A stretch of 27,279 bases of DNA from positions 1 through 27,279 of the IMG/VR virus record IMGVR_UViG_3300011443_000046, one strand, 5' to 3'. Positions 16,610 to 25,391 of the stretch are shown here, piece by piece (positions within the stretch are counted from its first letter, which is position 1; every line of letters starts with the position of its first letter). The notes under the pieces were generated by a model. That model did no database searches. It saw nothing but the letters and a program-made list of their open reading frames with translations, and was not told the origin of the DNA. Source of the stretch: a virus (lineage: Duplodnaviria; Caudoviricetes). The position numbers and the translations under genes are program-made.

Positions 16610-18777
16610 TGCTGGGGCGGGACGCCAACGCGTCCGGTTTTCTTGTTCTCCTCCTGCTGGACCGAGAAGCCGAGATTCTTTATGTAGGTCTCGTACTGTT
16701 CGGCGAACGGGCCTTGCTGCTGCAAGGCGGCCTGATAGTTCTTGTTCTGCTGAACGATTTGCTCGGCAAATTGCATCTTCGCCTTCGCCGTCGGATCGTT
16801 TTCCACCAGCTGCGGAGCATTGCCCAAGAACATCGACATGAGGTCGTTGTTGACCTGGTTATAGAGCGACTGGCTCGCTTCCTCAGACGACACAACCAGT
16901 TCCTTCGCCCATGCGGGTTTGAGCATCCGCAAAGCCATCGCGGGCCATTTCGCCCGCTGGATCGTTCCGGTGACGTCGCTCGGGATGATCGCTTCGTTAA
17001 CGATCTCGATCATTTTCAACGTCATCTCGTCTGACAACTCACGGACGTCGAAGGACAACCCTGCGGTCAGTAGACCAAGTGAATCGCGACGCGATTCCAG
17101 CCATCCCTCGGGCGCACCCGTCACACGGGCGAACTCGGCGTCGGCCATGTACTTTTGGCTGAGCGCCAAAACCTGATGGAAGGCCGACACCCAAGTGACG
17201 AGGAACCGCTGAACAGTGCGCGTGATGCGCGCACTCAAAGCCTCGGGCGCAATCTCCTTGTGGAACGTGCCGAAGTACGAACACCGCCTGAATTCCAGCC
17301 GCTCCAGAGCGGCTTCGGCGATGGCGAAGCCTTGCAAGGGGATCGGCTCGAACTTGGGCTCTTTGCCAAGCTGCACAAAGTTCTGTGCAGCGGGTGCAAA
17401 TTTATACCTGAACACCTTGGGGTCTTTATAAACGTTGACCGGAGGAACGACCCCAATCGACGTCAAGTCGATCTCCGCATCGCGGAGAGCCTTCTCCTCA
17501 TGCTGCCACGTCAGGGCGACTTCCGGCACACCTCGCGAAGCGACGGCTGCACGAGCGATGTTCTCCCGTTTGCCCAAGACGAACGGATACGACCCGTGAG
17601 GGTAGTCGATCAGTTCATGCTTGGCGTATAACGCCTTACTGTCCTTCCCCTTCGTCACGACGGGAGAAAAGGTCGTGCAGTAGATCCCCGGAACGTCGTC
17701 TTCGTCGACGGCTCGATAGGTCGCGTGGACGATTTCAATTCGTTCACTCTTGCTGAAGACGTCGCCGGAAAGGCGAACGCCTGTCGTCGGCGACATAAAT
17801 CCGGGGACGACCGAGAACATGTTCTTGCCGGACTTGACCGCCTCATCGACCCAAGTCGCATCGTAGCCTTCACCAACGATCCGCGACCGCAAGGTCGCTT
17901 CGGTCAGAACCTCGCGTTGGAAAATGACGCGGGCGTCCTGCAAATCCGTTGTATCGCTCGGGAGAAGCACTTCAACCCACGGTTGAAGCGCATAAACCAT
18001 CGGTTCGTTACGGCACAAATAGGGAACCGGCACTGTCGTCTCGCCGTCTTTGCGAAGCTCCTTGATCGCACGTTTCAGCGTCCGATCTTTGATCGGCGGA
18101 ATCTCAACGGCTTCGCCGGGCGGCATCTGCTGGGCCGCATACGTGTCATAGATGAAACGCAGGGCGTCAGTCGCGAGAGCCTCTTGACTCTCGTCAAGGA
18201 CGAGACCCTGCAAGTCGGCCAGTTCCGGTCTCGTCGGATACTGCGGCGCAAGCTGCGCACCAACTCCGACCAGCGTCGACATCGCGACCTTGGTTTTTTT
18301 GAGGCTCACCTCCTGCACCCAGCATGGGTGGAGGACAACCCATCCATAGTGATAGAGATACTGAGCACTCAACTCGACCTCGTCCGTCAGGACGGGCAGC
18401 AGCTTGTCGTTGACGAGATAGTCGAGGAGTGCAACCGCATACGCGCTCGATTCGCTCGATCCGGCTTTGCCGCTCAATATCGCTTTCCAGAAGGCGTTCC
18501 AACTGATCGTCACCAGTTCATTGATCGTCGCATCGACGGCCATGGGCCGAGTATCACTCGCATTCTCCCACGGAAACGGGTCGACGCCGTCTCTCTTGTG
18601 CTTCTTGCCGTCGACACTTTGGCCGGCCCATGTGCAATAACGGACGGCATCAGCATTGACCTGGCGAGCCCAAAGCTCGTCACCGCTCCCAAGCGACGAG
18701 AAGTCGCTCGTCAGGCGTTCAAGGAGTTCGGGCGTCGGCTTGTCGAGCGCCACTACCAGGGGATCGTCGTTGTTCAT
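16606..18777 (-). CDS. Portal protein (723 aa)
   Basis: Size and position after TerL; PFPWENASDTR, YPHGSYPFV, SRGVPE motifs; Gln-rich C-terminal helices. Confidence 0.88.
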   Translation of the reverse strand: MNNDDPLVVALDKPTPELLERLTSDFSSLGSGDELWARQVNADAVRYCTWAGQSVDGKKHKRDGVDPFPWENASDTRPMAVDATINELVTISWNAFWKAILSGKAGSSESSAYAVALLDYLVNDKLLPVLTDEVELSAQYLYHYGWVVLHPCWVQEVSLKKTKVAMSTLVGVGAQLAPQYPTRPELADLQGLVLDESQEALATDALRFIYDTYAAQQMPPGEAVEIPPIKDRTLKRAIKELRKDGETTVPVPYLCRNEPMVYALQPWVEVLLPSDTTDLQDARVIFQREVLTEATLRSRIVGEGYDATWVDEAVKSGKNMFSVVPGFMSPTTGVRLSGDVFSKSERIEIVHATYRAVDEDDVPGIYCTTFSPVVTKGKDSKALYAKHELIDYPHGSYPFVLGKRENIARAAVASRGVPEVALTWQHEEKALRDAEIDLTSIGVVPPVNVYKDPKVFRYKFAPAAQNFVQLGKEPKFEPIPLQGFAIAEAALERLEFRRCSYFGTFHKEIAPEALSARITRTVQRFLVTWVSAFHQVLALSQKYMADAEFARVTGAPEGWLESRRDSLGLLTAGLSFDVRELSDEMTLKMIEIVNEAIIPSDVTGTIQRAKWPAMALRMLKPAWAKELVVSSEEASQSLYNQVNNDLMSMFLGNAPQLVENDPTAKAKMQFAEQIVQQNKNYQAALQQQGPFAEQYETYIKNLGFSVQQEENKKTGRVGVPPQQ

Positions 18778-18982
18778 CGCGTTCTTTGGCTACTGCCATG
18801 ATCCGGCTGCGAACGTAGCGTCGGCGTTTCATGCCCGGTAAGACAACAGCAATCTCTGGCCGGGCCTGACGGATGCGTTCGAGAGTGTCGGCGTGTTTGA
18901 CGCCGAGAAGGAGCATCGCTTTCGAGCGGGAGAGGAACTCTCCGAGGAGGGTATCGGACGGAAACGAACGGGCAACGCTCAC
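18719..18982 (-). CDS. Small Xis/MerR-like HTH DNA-binding protein (87 aa)
   Basis: FLSRSKAMLLLGV...LERIR...LPGMKRRRYVRSRI helix-turn-helix plus wing pattern; GTGA overlap upstream; overlaps portal start by 59 nt. Confidence 0.5.
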   Translation of the reverse strand: MSVARSFPSDTLLGEFLSRSKAMLLLGVKHADTLERIRQARPEIAVVLPGMKRRRYVRSRIMAVAKERDEQRRSPGSGARQADARTP

Positions 18983-19200
18983 AGGAAAACGTCCTGTTTG
19001 GCCACAAGGTCAAGGGGTGCGTTCACGGTCACGAAAAAGTGGCCGTCAGCGGTCCAGGAAAGGTCGCCCGTCCATTGACCCCCTATGTGTGCCTCTCCTC
19101 TGAAAGGAAAACAGGATTCGGGCAATTCCTCGGTAATACGCGCCGAAAAACCGCCCCTTGTCCTGTAATGTCCTCCGACCGCTGGTTTGATCGTGTCCAT
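18979..19200 (-). CDS. Small hypothetical phage protein (73 aa)
   Basis: ATG 8 nt after TerL stop; G..YRTRGG..ARI...FPFRG...WTADG...LDLV pattern common in phage small proteins. Confidence 0.7.
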   Translation of the reverse strand: MDTIKPAVGGHYRTRGGFSARITEELPESCFPFRGEAHIGGQWTGDLSWTADGHFFVTVNAPLDLVAKQDVFL

Positions 19201-19207
19201 ATTTTCT

Positions 19208-21031
19208 TTAGTATGATCCTCCCCCATAAGGTCCGTATTTCCCTGGCTCGATGTAATCGAGCCCAGACGTGAACATATCCCGCAGACAGTCAATCGGGTC
19301 CTTGCACGCTCCACGGATCTTGTCCCGTCCGGTGAAGTTTTCGAGAGCCCAGATAAGCTGGCGGCACTTGTCGCTGACGAACAACTTTGGATAGTTCGAC
19401 AACGGATCGAGCGCCTTGTCGAGGTCGACAAAAAGCGCCTGCCGGATCAGTTCCAGGCCGTCTTCTTCGATCCCTGAACCTCCAGCCAGCTCGAAATCCA
19501 TTCCGCCGACCGTTTCCTGCCCGGTCGATTGCTCGTCGTTCAACTCCTGCCAAAGGCAGGTGGACGGACCTGAACCAATGGGGATAGGCACTGGCCCGGC
19601 CCGGCGGTCCACGGTACGACGGACGACCGTCCAATGACGGCGAGCCTCTTGCAGTTTTCCCTCTCGCCGCTGGATCTCCAGTTTGTACTGGGCAATGCCG
19701 AGCCCTGCGGGCTCTTGCGCAGGGCCGGTGTCGCCGTCCCATCCCAGTCCAGAATCCGCCGACGGGTTCCTGGTCGTCGCGACGGCCCACTCGCCGAACT
19801 CCTGCTCGGGCGGCCATTCGTCGACGGCGTAGACTCGACCCGCAGGGTCGACGGCAACCCAAAGAATGAACCAGTTCCGGGCCGGATGCGGGTCGACGTG
19901 CATATAGACAACTGCCTCGGAAGGCAGTTGATCGCTTGCGATCACGTTCCAGGAGCCAAAGGTTCCAAACATCCTCCCGCGAGTATCGCGGGTGAACCCG
20001 CAGAGCGTGCGCTCGGCCATGTACCAGGGCTTGCCCTTGCAGGCATTCACAACCCGGTCATAACCGCCCAAGGGATTCTCCCTTGTGTGGAAATAGATGA
20101 CCCGCGTGTCGGGGCGGGAGCCCTCCTGAACCGTCGGCATTGCCCCTTTGGGCAATCCAGGCAAGTTCTGTCGACCCGCCAGATACGGCTCCATTTCGTA
20201 TTCGAGGACTTTTCCCTGGCCGATTGTCTCCTTGAGGCTCGGCGTCATCCCCGACAGGGGGGTGAAGGTCCAAATGCCGACGGCATCGAACGTGGCGGAC
20301 CGGGTCCGCAAGAGAGTCAACCAGTCGAGCGGGAGCGACTCGTCGGCATACCAGCCCGGCACAGCCGGTTGGTTGGGGCATCCAACTTGGATGCCCTCGT
20401 AGTCGCTCGGTGACTGCGTATAGACGAGGAACACAATCTCCGACTCATTCGGAAAGACGATCTTATCCCCACTGAATCCGGTGCCCTTCTGATACTTGAC
20501 GTAAAACGTCCGCTTGCGGTCACTTTTCCCATTCAGCGCCTTGATCTGCTGCGGGAGGAAATCCCAGATATACGCCTGCTGGACCTGACGGGACGTCTCC
20601 AACTTCTGGCAGAGGAAAATCAGCCTGGTCCTGTCAAACCGCAGCGCGGACTGCAAACACCTCTTCACCGCCCACGTCGTCTTGCTTGCCCGGTTCCCGC
20701 CCAGCACAACCATCAATCGGATGTCATTGATCGGAACCAGATAGTCGAACTTCGTCTTGTCCCAGACGATGACCGGCAATAGATCGTCGGCTCTTTTCCA
20801 GCACTTCCACTCGAAACCTTTGCCAAAGGGATCGAGCTTCGCTTCGCGTATCACCCTCTCGCGTGCGGTATACAGCTCGGCGATCTCCTGCAATCCGGCT
20901 TCGCCTTTTTGCACTATCAAGGCGCGCAGCGCCTCGTCACTCGGCCAGGGGGGGAAAGGCTGACGACTCGGCTTCAACGACTGAAGCCCTGCAATCAAGA
21001 GCTCGATGGAGGACATTATTGCCGGACGCAT
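19208..21031 (-). CDS. terL: Terminase large subunit (start 21031 or 21016)
   Basis: Walker A-like VLGGNRASKT, Walker B-like WYADE, coupling motif TFTP, RNase H-like nuclease acids HVDPH and KDPIDCLR. Confidence 0.92.
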   Translation of the reverse strand: MRPAIMSSIELLIAGLQSLKPSRQPFPPWPSDEALRALIVQKGEAGLQEIAELYTARERVIREAKLDPFGKGFEWKCWKRADDLLPVIVWDKTKFDYLVPINDIRLMVVLGGNRASKTTWAVKRCLQSALRFDRTRLIFLCQKLETSRQVQQAYIWDFLPQQIKALNGKSDRKRTFYVKYQKGTGFSGDKIVFPNESEIVFLVYTQSPSDYEGIQVGCPNQPAVPGWYADESLPLDWLTLLRTRSATFDAVGIWTFTPLSGMTPSLKETIGQGKVLEYEMEPYLAGRQNLPGLPKGAMPTVQEGSRPDTRVIYFHTRENPLGGYDRVVNACKGKPWYMAERTLCGFTRDTRGRMFGTFGSWNVIASDQLPSEAVVYMHVDPHPARNWFILWVAVDPAGRVYAVDEWPPEQEFGEWAVATTRNPSADSGLGWDGDTGPAQEPAGLGIAQYKLEIQRREGKLQEARRHWTVVRRTVDRRAGPVPIPIGSGPSTCLWQELNDEQSTGQETVGGMDFELAGGSGIEEDGLELIRQALFVDLDKALDPLSNYPKLFVSDKCRQLIWALENFTGRDKIRGACKDPIDCLRDMFTSGLDYIEPGKYGPYGGGSY

Positions 21032-21062
21032 AGCGCCTTCTTGGCTTCGCCAAGACGACGCC

Positions 21063-21260
21063 TCAAACCCTCGGCACCCGGACGCCTCTTAAGGCGTCCA
21101 GGACGCCAAACGCGTAAAGGCTAATCAACACCAGTGCCACGATGACGACGATATTCACCAGACGCTTGACCTTCGCGTCTATCGCCGTCGCATAGGTGTT
21201 GAAAAGCCAGAGGAGAAAACCGAACAAAACCAAAATGAGTAATAGTTGCATCAGGCTCAT
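21063..21260 (-). CDS. Two-TM small membrane protein, Thivi_2564-like (65 aa)
   Basis: L..LLLILV..G.LLWL.NTY...+...K.L+NIVVIV pattern. Confidence 0.75.
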   Translation of the reverse strand: MSLMQLLLILVLFGFLLWLFNTYATAIDAKVKRLVNIVVIVALVLISLYAFGVLDALRGVRVPRV

Positions 21261-21278
21261 AATCTTTCCTTGCCTCTA

Positions 21279-21381
21279 AACGTGCCCCCTTGTTCTACCG
21301 GTTTACCAAAAGCCCGCGTTACGGCAAACGCCGATGCGGGTTACGCCTCTTGGACTCTCGGGCGAGGTTCGGGGGCACGTT
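21279..21381. ncRNA. Candidate structured RNA/DNA element (multibranch fold)
   Basis: Perfect 11-bp closing stem aacgtgccccc 21279-21289 / gggggcacgtt 21371-21381 enclosing hairpins at 21311-21342 and 21346-21367. Confidence 0.4.
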
Positions 21382-21398
21382 AAGTTGTGATGTCTGCG

Positions 21399-21415
21399 GC
21401 CTCCTCCGTCGCCGC
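21399..21415. repeat. 17-bp direct repeat, copy 1 (gcctcctccgtcgccgc)
   Basis: 16/17 identical to 21889-21905; the two copies flank the HD-domain gene. Confidence 0.8.
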
Positions 21416-21417
21416 TG

Positions 21418-21876
21418 TCACGCCAAAACGACGACCTCTTTCTTCAAAAGAGCGACAGTATTATGTGCAGCCCGGCGAAGTAACTCCTCCGAAAACTTGA
21501 TCTCATACACACTACCGCTCCGCGCCATACCCGCCATTACGCAGTCGGATATATATTCCAGAACGTCGATGAGGTTCACGTCCAACGGCACTCCATCCTC
21601 CATGCCAAGGTGATGACGCGTGATCTTGCGGTGGTTATCCCACCATCCAGCCTCCTTGAAGCCGGTGACGAAGTCCCTGTGGAACCAATCAATTCCGGTT
21701 AGCTTGTCGTCGTCGTGCTTTCCGGCAGCCTCAACGATCTTGCCAGAGAAGAACGCCAGCGCCTTCACGACATCCGAAATGTGAATCTGGCTGGATGCCA
21801 ATAGCTGATCCTTCGTCGTGTTCGCGAAATCGCACGTTCGCGTGTCCGCTGTAGGGGACTTGGTGACCTGAATCAT
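21418..21876 (-). CDS. HD-domain-like metal-dependent phosphohydrolase, DUF5662-like (152 aa)
   Basis: H(ISDV)...HDDDK...H...RHH...NLIDVLEYISDC motif set; ATGA overlap at 21873-21876. Confidence 0.7.
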   Translation of the reverse strand: MIQVTKSPTADTRTCDFANTTKDQLLASSQIHISDVVKALAFFSGKIVEAAGKHDDDKLTGIDWFHRDFVTGFKEAGWWDNHRKITRHHLGMEDGVPLDVNLIDVLEYISDCVMAGMARSGSVYEIKFSEELLRRAAHNTVALLKKEVVVLA

Positions 21877-22436
21877 ATTGTTTTTTCTGCCTCCTCCGTC
21901 GTCGCCTTCGGCGTCGTCGCTGGCGCGGCGACAGGCGCCGCATATCGCAAGAACTCCCAGAATCTGGGAGTCCCCTTGAAACACACGTGAATCCTTGTCG
22001 GCGTCCCGTCAGCCCCAAAGGGGCCGAACATCCGCGACGTGTGGACCTGGACGAAGATGTATTCCCTTCCCTCTCGTTCGCACTGAATCACGAACGGATT
22101 TCGGAAGTGCGTTATCATGCCATTGGGCATGCGGCGCGGAACCGAGACGACCTTGACGACCTCGTCGTCAATGAACGGGAGTGGAGCGGGTTCCGGCAGC
22201 CGCGGGGGCAGGGGTTCGAGCCCTGCAAGCTTGGCGCGAGCGCCGACTATCGTCGTTTCACCCCGGCCCAACTGGCCAAGGACGTCCGCGACCTCTGGTC
22301 GGTAGACGACGTGCCCGGCTTCGCCGGTCCATGAATCGCGACCTTCGGTGCAAATCAAAGCGACGTAGCTCTTGGTCTGCTTGAGATTGATGCTCAAAGC
22401 ACAGGCTATATCGCTCAGCAGAACTCCCTCTCTCAT
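21873..22436 (-). CDS. Hypothetical protein (187 aa), possible N-terminal HTH
   Basis: ATGA overlap at 22433-22436; LLSDIACALSINLKQTK resembles an HTH. Confidence 0.65.
   Translation of the reverse strand: MREGVLLSDIACALSINLKQTKSYVALICTEGRDSWTGEAGHVVYRPEVADVLGQLGRGETTIVGARAKLAGLEPLPPRLPEPAPLPFIDDEVVKVVSVPRRMPNGMITHFRNPFVIQCEREGREYIFVQVHTSRMFGPFGADGTPTRIHVCFKGTPRFWEFLRYAAPVAAPATTPKATTEEAEKTI
21889..21905. repeat. 17-bp direct repeat, copy 2 (gcctcctccgtcgtcgc)
   Basis: Encodes ATTEEA at the 3' end of the upstream gene and contains GGAGG on the minus strand. Confidence 0.8.
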
Positions 22437-22663
22437 CGCTCCCTTTCGATCCTTGTCAGCAGTTCGTCCGTCAATCCGATCCCGATCAGTTCCTCGCGAC
22501 GCCGTCTTGATTTCCACTGTATGACCGTCAAGTCGGCGGCCCTCCGCCGCTGTTCGTCGACGTCCTTCGGACGACTCGCCACAACCCGCCCGTACAGCAG
22601 CGACAAGTCGTGCAATTCGACGGCTAGAGTCCTGATTCGTTCCTCTGTCACTTCGTCACTCAT
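22433..22663 (-). CDS. Hypothetical helical protein (76 aa)
   Basis: ATGA overlaps at both ends. Confidence 0.7.
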   Translation of the reverse strand: MSDEVTEERIRTLAVELHDLSLLYGRVVASRPKDVDEQRRRAADLTVIQWKSRRRREELIGIGLTDELLTRIERER

Positions 22664-23250
22664 TTCGTTTCCTTCGGTTGTGCGGCCAACTCCGTTGTCT
22701 CGCTTCGCGAGTCGACGACGAGTGCTCCCGCACTCGCGGCAAATTCCCTCAATTTCTTGACGACACTATTTATGGCCGTCCGGTCATCCATGATTTGCTC
22801 CGTGATCGACGTCGGCTCGCCCTCCAGCAATTGCCATTTGTCGAACAGCAACGTCGCTTCCTTAACACTGACCTTTCCCGGCCGCTTTGACCGCTCGAGA
22901 ATAATGTCCTCAATCAACGCCCCCATGGATCGCTTCAAACGATTCCTGATCGTCGGCAAAAGCCCGCTGGCCTCCGCCTCCTTGATCGACCGTTCCACGG
23001 CAGACCTCGGACACTTCATCCGGACCGCGATAGCCGGTCGTGACAATCCCTGCACAAACAGCTCAACCGCCTTGTAGTACCGCTTCCCCTCCAGTGTCTC
23101 GATGTTCAATCCCGTCGTCTCCTGAACGACGGCAACCGGCAGGGGCGGCAGAGGTGAGACGTCGTCCGGCGAAGCCGGTTGCGAAGCGATTTCCGAAGAC
23201 GGCGCCTTGACGACCCTGGTCGTCACCCGCTTGCGCGATCCTTTTTTCAT
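22660..23250 (-). CDS. HTH protein, probable terminase small subunit (196 aa)
   Basis: HTH AVELFVQGLSRPAIAVRMKCPRSAVERSI; helical oligomerisation region ending FDKWQLLEGEPT; upstream of terL. Confidence 0.6.
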   Translation of the reverse strand: MKKGSRKRVTTRVVKAPSSEIASQPASPDDVSPLPPLPVAVVQETTGLNIETLEGKRYYKAVELFVQGLSRPAIAVRMKCPRSAVERSIKEAEASGLLPTIRNRLKRSMGALIEDIILERSKRPGKVSVKEATLLFDKWQLLEGEPTSITEQIMDDRTAINSVVKKLREFAASAGALVVDSRSETTELAAQPKETK

Positions 23251-23480
23251 CCCCTGTAATACGGCGTGATTTCCGGTCCCCATTGATCGTCCGTTGATAG
23301 GTCAACGAGGTAATCTCCCCAACCCATTCCCCGCGTGTATCGAAGCCTTCCGTACTCCAACCAAACCCACATGGGTTTCCACCGATGATCCACTTTCTTG
23401 TCGAGGCGAAACCACCACCAACCAGGGTGCGTCGGTTTTCCCGCCGCCGTGGTTTCTTCCCGTCCAAGTTCTTCGTTCAT
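23247..23480 (-). CDS. Trp-rich hypothetical phage protein (77 aa)
   Basis: PTHPGWWWFR...WGPEI pattern; ATGA overlaps at both ends. Confidence 0.7.
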   Translation of the reverse strand: MNEELGREETTAAGKPTHPGWWWFRLDKKVDHRWKPMWVWLEYGRLRYTRGMGWGDYLVDLSTDDQWGPEITPYYRG

Positions 23481-23959
23481 ACGTCACCGATGACGGCGCT
23501 CGCTGCAAGCTCCGCTTGGGTTTCAGGGACGGTCCTTGGCGCCAGCCCAACGCCGACTCGCTTCGCTCGACGTTCCCTCACCTCCTCGATCGCCTTCGTC
23601 ACCTCCGCAAGCTCCCTCCTTTTCCACTCCCTCACCGGGCGCAGTGCTCTTTCCAAAGAGTCGCCCTTTTTCTTCAGCCTCTTATACATCGTGTGATATT
23701 TGACCCCGCTTGTCCGTGCGAGGTCTGCAATCGTTCCAACGATCCTCTTCCCCTCAACCGCCCACCGGGCGTTGCCCGGTCCGAACTCCTTCCCACTGTC
23801 GACATCCAGTCGCATGCCGACTGGCTTCTCCCCCATGTCCTTCAGAAATTCCTCGAATTTCTCCCATGCGTTTCTCGGAAACGCCGAGCGTTCCCTCGCA
23901 GCGCGCCAGGCGTTCCAGGTCGCACTTCCCGTCATTCCATGTCTGTCCGGCCGGGGCAT
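23477..23959 (-). CDS. Degenerate HNH-endonuclease-like protein with C-terminal HTH (160 aa)
   Basis: HGMTGSATWNAW...WEKFEEFLKDMGEKP.GM.LD...GPGNARWA matches a common phage HNH family; HTH TIADLARTSGVKYHTMYKRL. Confidence 0.7.
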   Translation of the reverse strand: MPRPDRHGMTGSATWNAWRAARERSAFPRNAWEKFEEFLKDMGEKPVGMRLDVDSGKEFGPGNARWAVEGKRIVGTIADLARTSGVKYHTMYKRLKKKGDSLERALRPVREWKRRELAEVTKAIEEVRERRAKRVGVGLAPRTVPETQAELAASAVIGDV

Positions 23960-23988
23960 TTTTTGTTGGCCAAGGGCCAACAAAACAA

Positions 23989-24018
23989 AACGTATCCTTT
24001 TGTCTCACGCAATGTCAA
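23989..24018 (-). promoter_or_regulatory. Putative sigma70-type promoter for the leftward operon
   Basis: TTGACA (24018-24013), 18-nt spacer, TACGTT (23994-23989), about 30 nt before the first ATG. Confidence 0.45.
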
Positions 24019-24042
24019 ATGCCAAATGTAGCTAACTCTTGT

Positions 24043-24116
24043 AAAAATTTTTTGTGGGGGAGATGGGACACATCGCACCCCCCGCCCCGCCTGGAAACAA
24101 CGTACCCCCTCCCCCC
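24043..24116. other. Candidate packaging-initiation/terminus signal (A5T6 tract plus four C-runs)
   Basis: aaaaatttttt 24043-24053; C6 24078-83, C4 24085-88, C5 24105-09, C6 24111-16; upstream of HNH/TerS. Confidence 0.4.
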
Positions 24117-24495
24117 GGTTCGACAGTGGGGGATGGACTGGCGGCCAGGGCCGTCGAAACGGTCAAAAGGGCCGTCTCTTGTGGTTGGGAGGGGCGGAGA
24201 GAGGGGCGCTGATACCACAAGCGGGCATTGCCGAGTTCTGTTTCTTTCTTACCGTTGTGACGCAGGCAAGCGTCACAATTACTGCGCACAATAAGGCTTG
24301 TGTTCACTTGTTCTGTCGGGAGAGAAATGGGTTTTGAACGTATGGCCAGCAATCGCGCCAGGATGGGCTAGGAAAGGTCGGCGCGAACGAGGCACACATT
24401 CACCTTCGCACTTCCCGCAGATGCCGCTGGAACGGACAGACGTTCGGGGAGAGGGTAGTTAAGATGAGCGCGAACGAAGTCAAACTTGCCCTGTT

Positions 24496-24699
24496 ATGGC
24501 CGTGACGGTATGTGCCCATTGTGGGGGAGTGGTAAGGAAGGACGGGAAAGCGGTCGTGACACCTGAAACGTCACGCAATGGGGGACTGGCGACGTGGCGA
24601 AAGCATCCTGATATGCGGGAAAGGATGATGAGGGGGCGGGAACAAAGTCGGATCGTTCGGGCCGACGTTCGGAAGCTTAAAAGCCACGTCTACGAATAG
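24496..24699 (+). CDS. Small basic protein with CxxC and KGG-like motif (67 aa)
   Basis: CAHCGG...SRNGGLATWRKH. Confidence 0.55.
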   Translation: MAVTVCAHCGGVVRKDGKAVVTPETSRNGGLATWRKHPDMRERMMRGREQSRIVRADVRKLKSHVYE

Positions 24700-24773
24700 A
24701 CGCTGGCGCGGGAGAGGATCACCCGACGGGAATCGAACAGGCGGAGCTTTTGAGGATTAACTCCATTTCATGT

Positions 24774-24801
24774 TTGACTTTGGGTACAGTTGTCTTACAT
24801 T
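24774..24801 (+). promoter_or_regulatory. Putative sigma70-type early promoter
   Basis: TTGACT (24774-79), 16-nt spacer, TACATT (24796-801), ahead of RBS gaaaggaaca. Confidence 0.5.
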
Positions 24802-24829
24802 TGCCGCGACGGAACGAAAGGAACATCAA

Positions 24830-25213
24830 ATGAAGACAATCAAACGGTTAAGCCCGTCGGCTTTTTTCTATCGGTTCGCGGGCTATGGCTACGACCCAGC
24901 GAAAGAAACAAAACGCCAAGGGCGCTTGCGTGGGGCAAGACATCTCGCCGAAGCAGAGAAATGGGCGCAAGCGGAGTGCGTCGGGTTTGAATGGCAAATT
25001 GATACGGACAGCAACAGCGCGAGCTTTAGCAAGAAGCGTCCAACGTGGAGCCTGTGGTCATGCTTCATGCGGGGGAACGGGGAATGTCGAGCTTCTCTCC
25101 ACGCAATTGACTTTGGGCGGGATGGTGAACCGTGGGGTCAACCCTACAAACGCGTTGTAGAAGCAGAACTGGCGCTCGACGCCATGAACGCGGATTACGC
25201 GCACAAGCCATGA
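24830..25213 (+). CDS. Early-region hypothetical protein (127 aa)
   Basis: RBS gaaaggaaca 24816-25; FF...AGY.YDP..ET..QG....A..LA.AE...SL..ID...Y.RVVEAELA phage pattern. Confidence 0.8.
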   Translation: MKTIKRLSPSAFFYRFAGYGYDPAKETKRQGRLRGARHLAEAEKWAQAECVGFEWQIDTDSNSASFSKKRPTWSLWSCFMRGNGECRASLHAIDFGRDGEPWGQPYKRVVEAELALDAMNADYAHKP

Positions 25214-25311
25214 AAACCCTACGAACCCTAACGCTCGGGATACTCGCTCTTGCGAGTGTGTTGCTGGCGCGCGCCGTGGGCGCGTTATTGAGGATGAGAG
25301 GAGGATTATGA
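25210..25311 (+). CDS. Hydrophobic micropeptide (33 aa)
   Basis: MKTLRTLTLGILALASVLLARAVGALLRMRGGL; ATGA overlaps at both ends. Confidence 0.5.
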   Translation: MKTLRTLTLGILALASVLLARAVGALLRMRGGL

Positions 25312-25391
25312 CGCTTCGCGATCCCGTTATCATCTGTCCGAACCTTGAACCGGGCGTCCCGATAGGGACGGTATCGAAGAATGACCTATGA
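25308..25391 (+). CDS. Micropeptide (27 aa)
   Basis: MTLRDPVIICPNLEPGVPIGTVSKNDL; strong GAGGAGG RBS; ATGA overlaps at both ends. Confidence 0.45.
   Translation: MTLRDPVIICPNLEPGVPIGTVSKNDL

Noticed and set aside
21279-21381. tRNA gene
   Set aside because: No D/T-arm consensus in proper spacing and no CCA end
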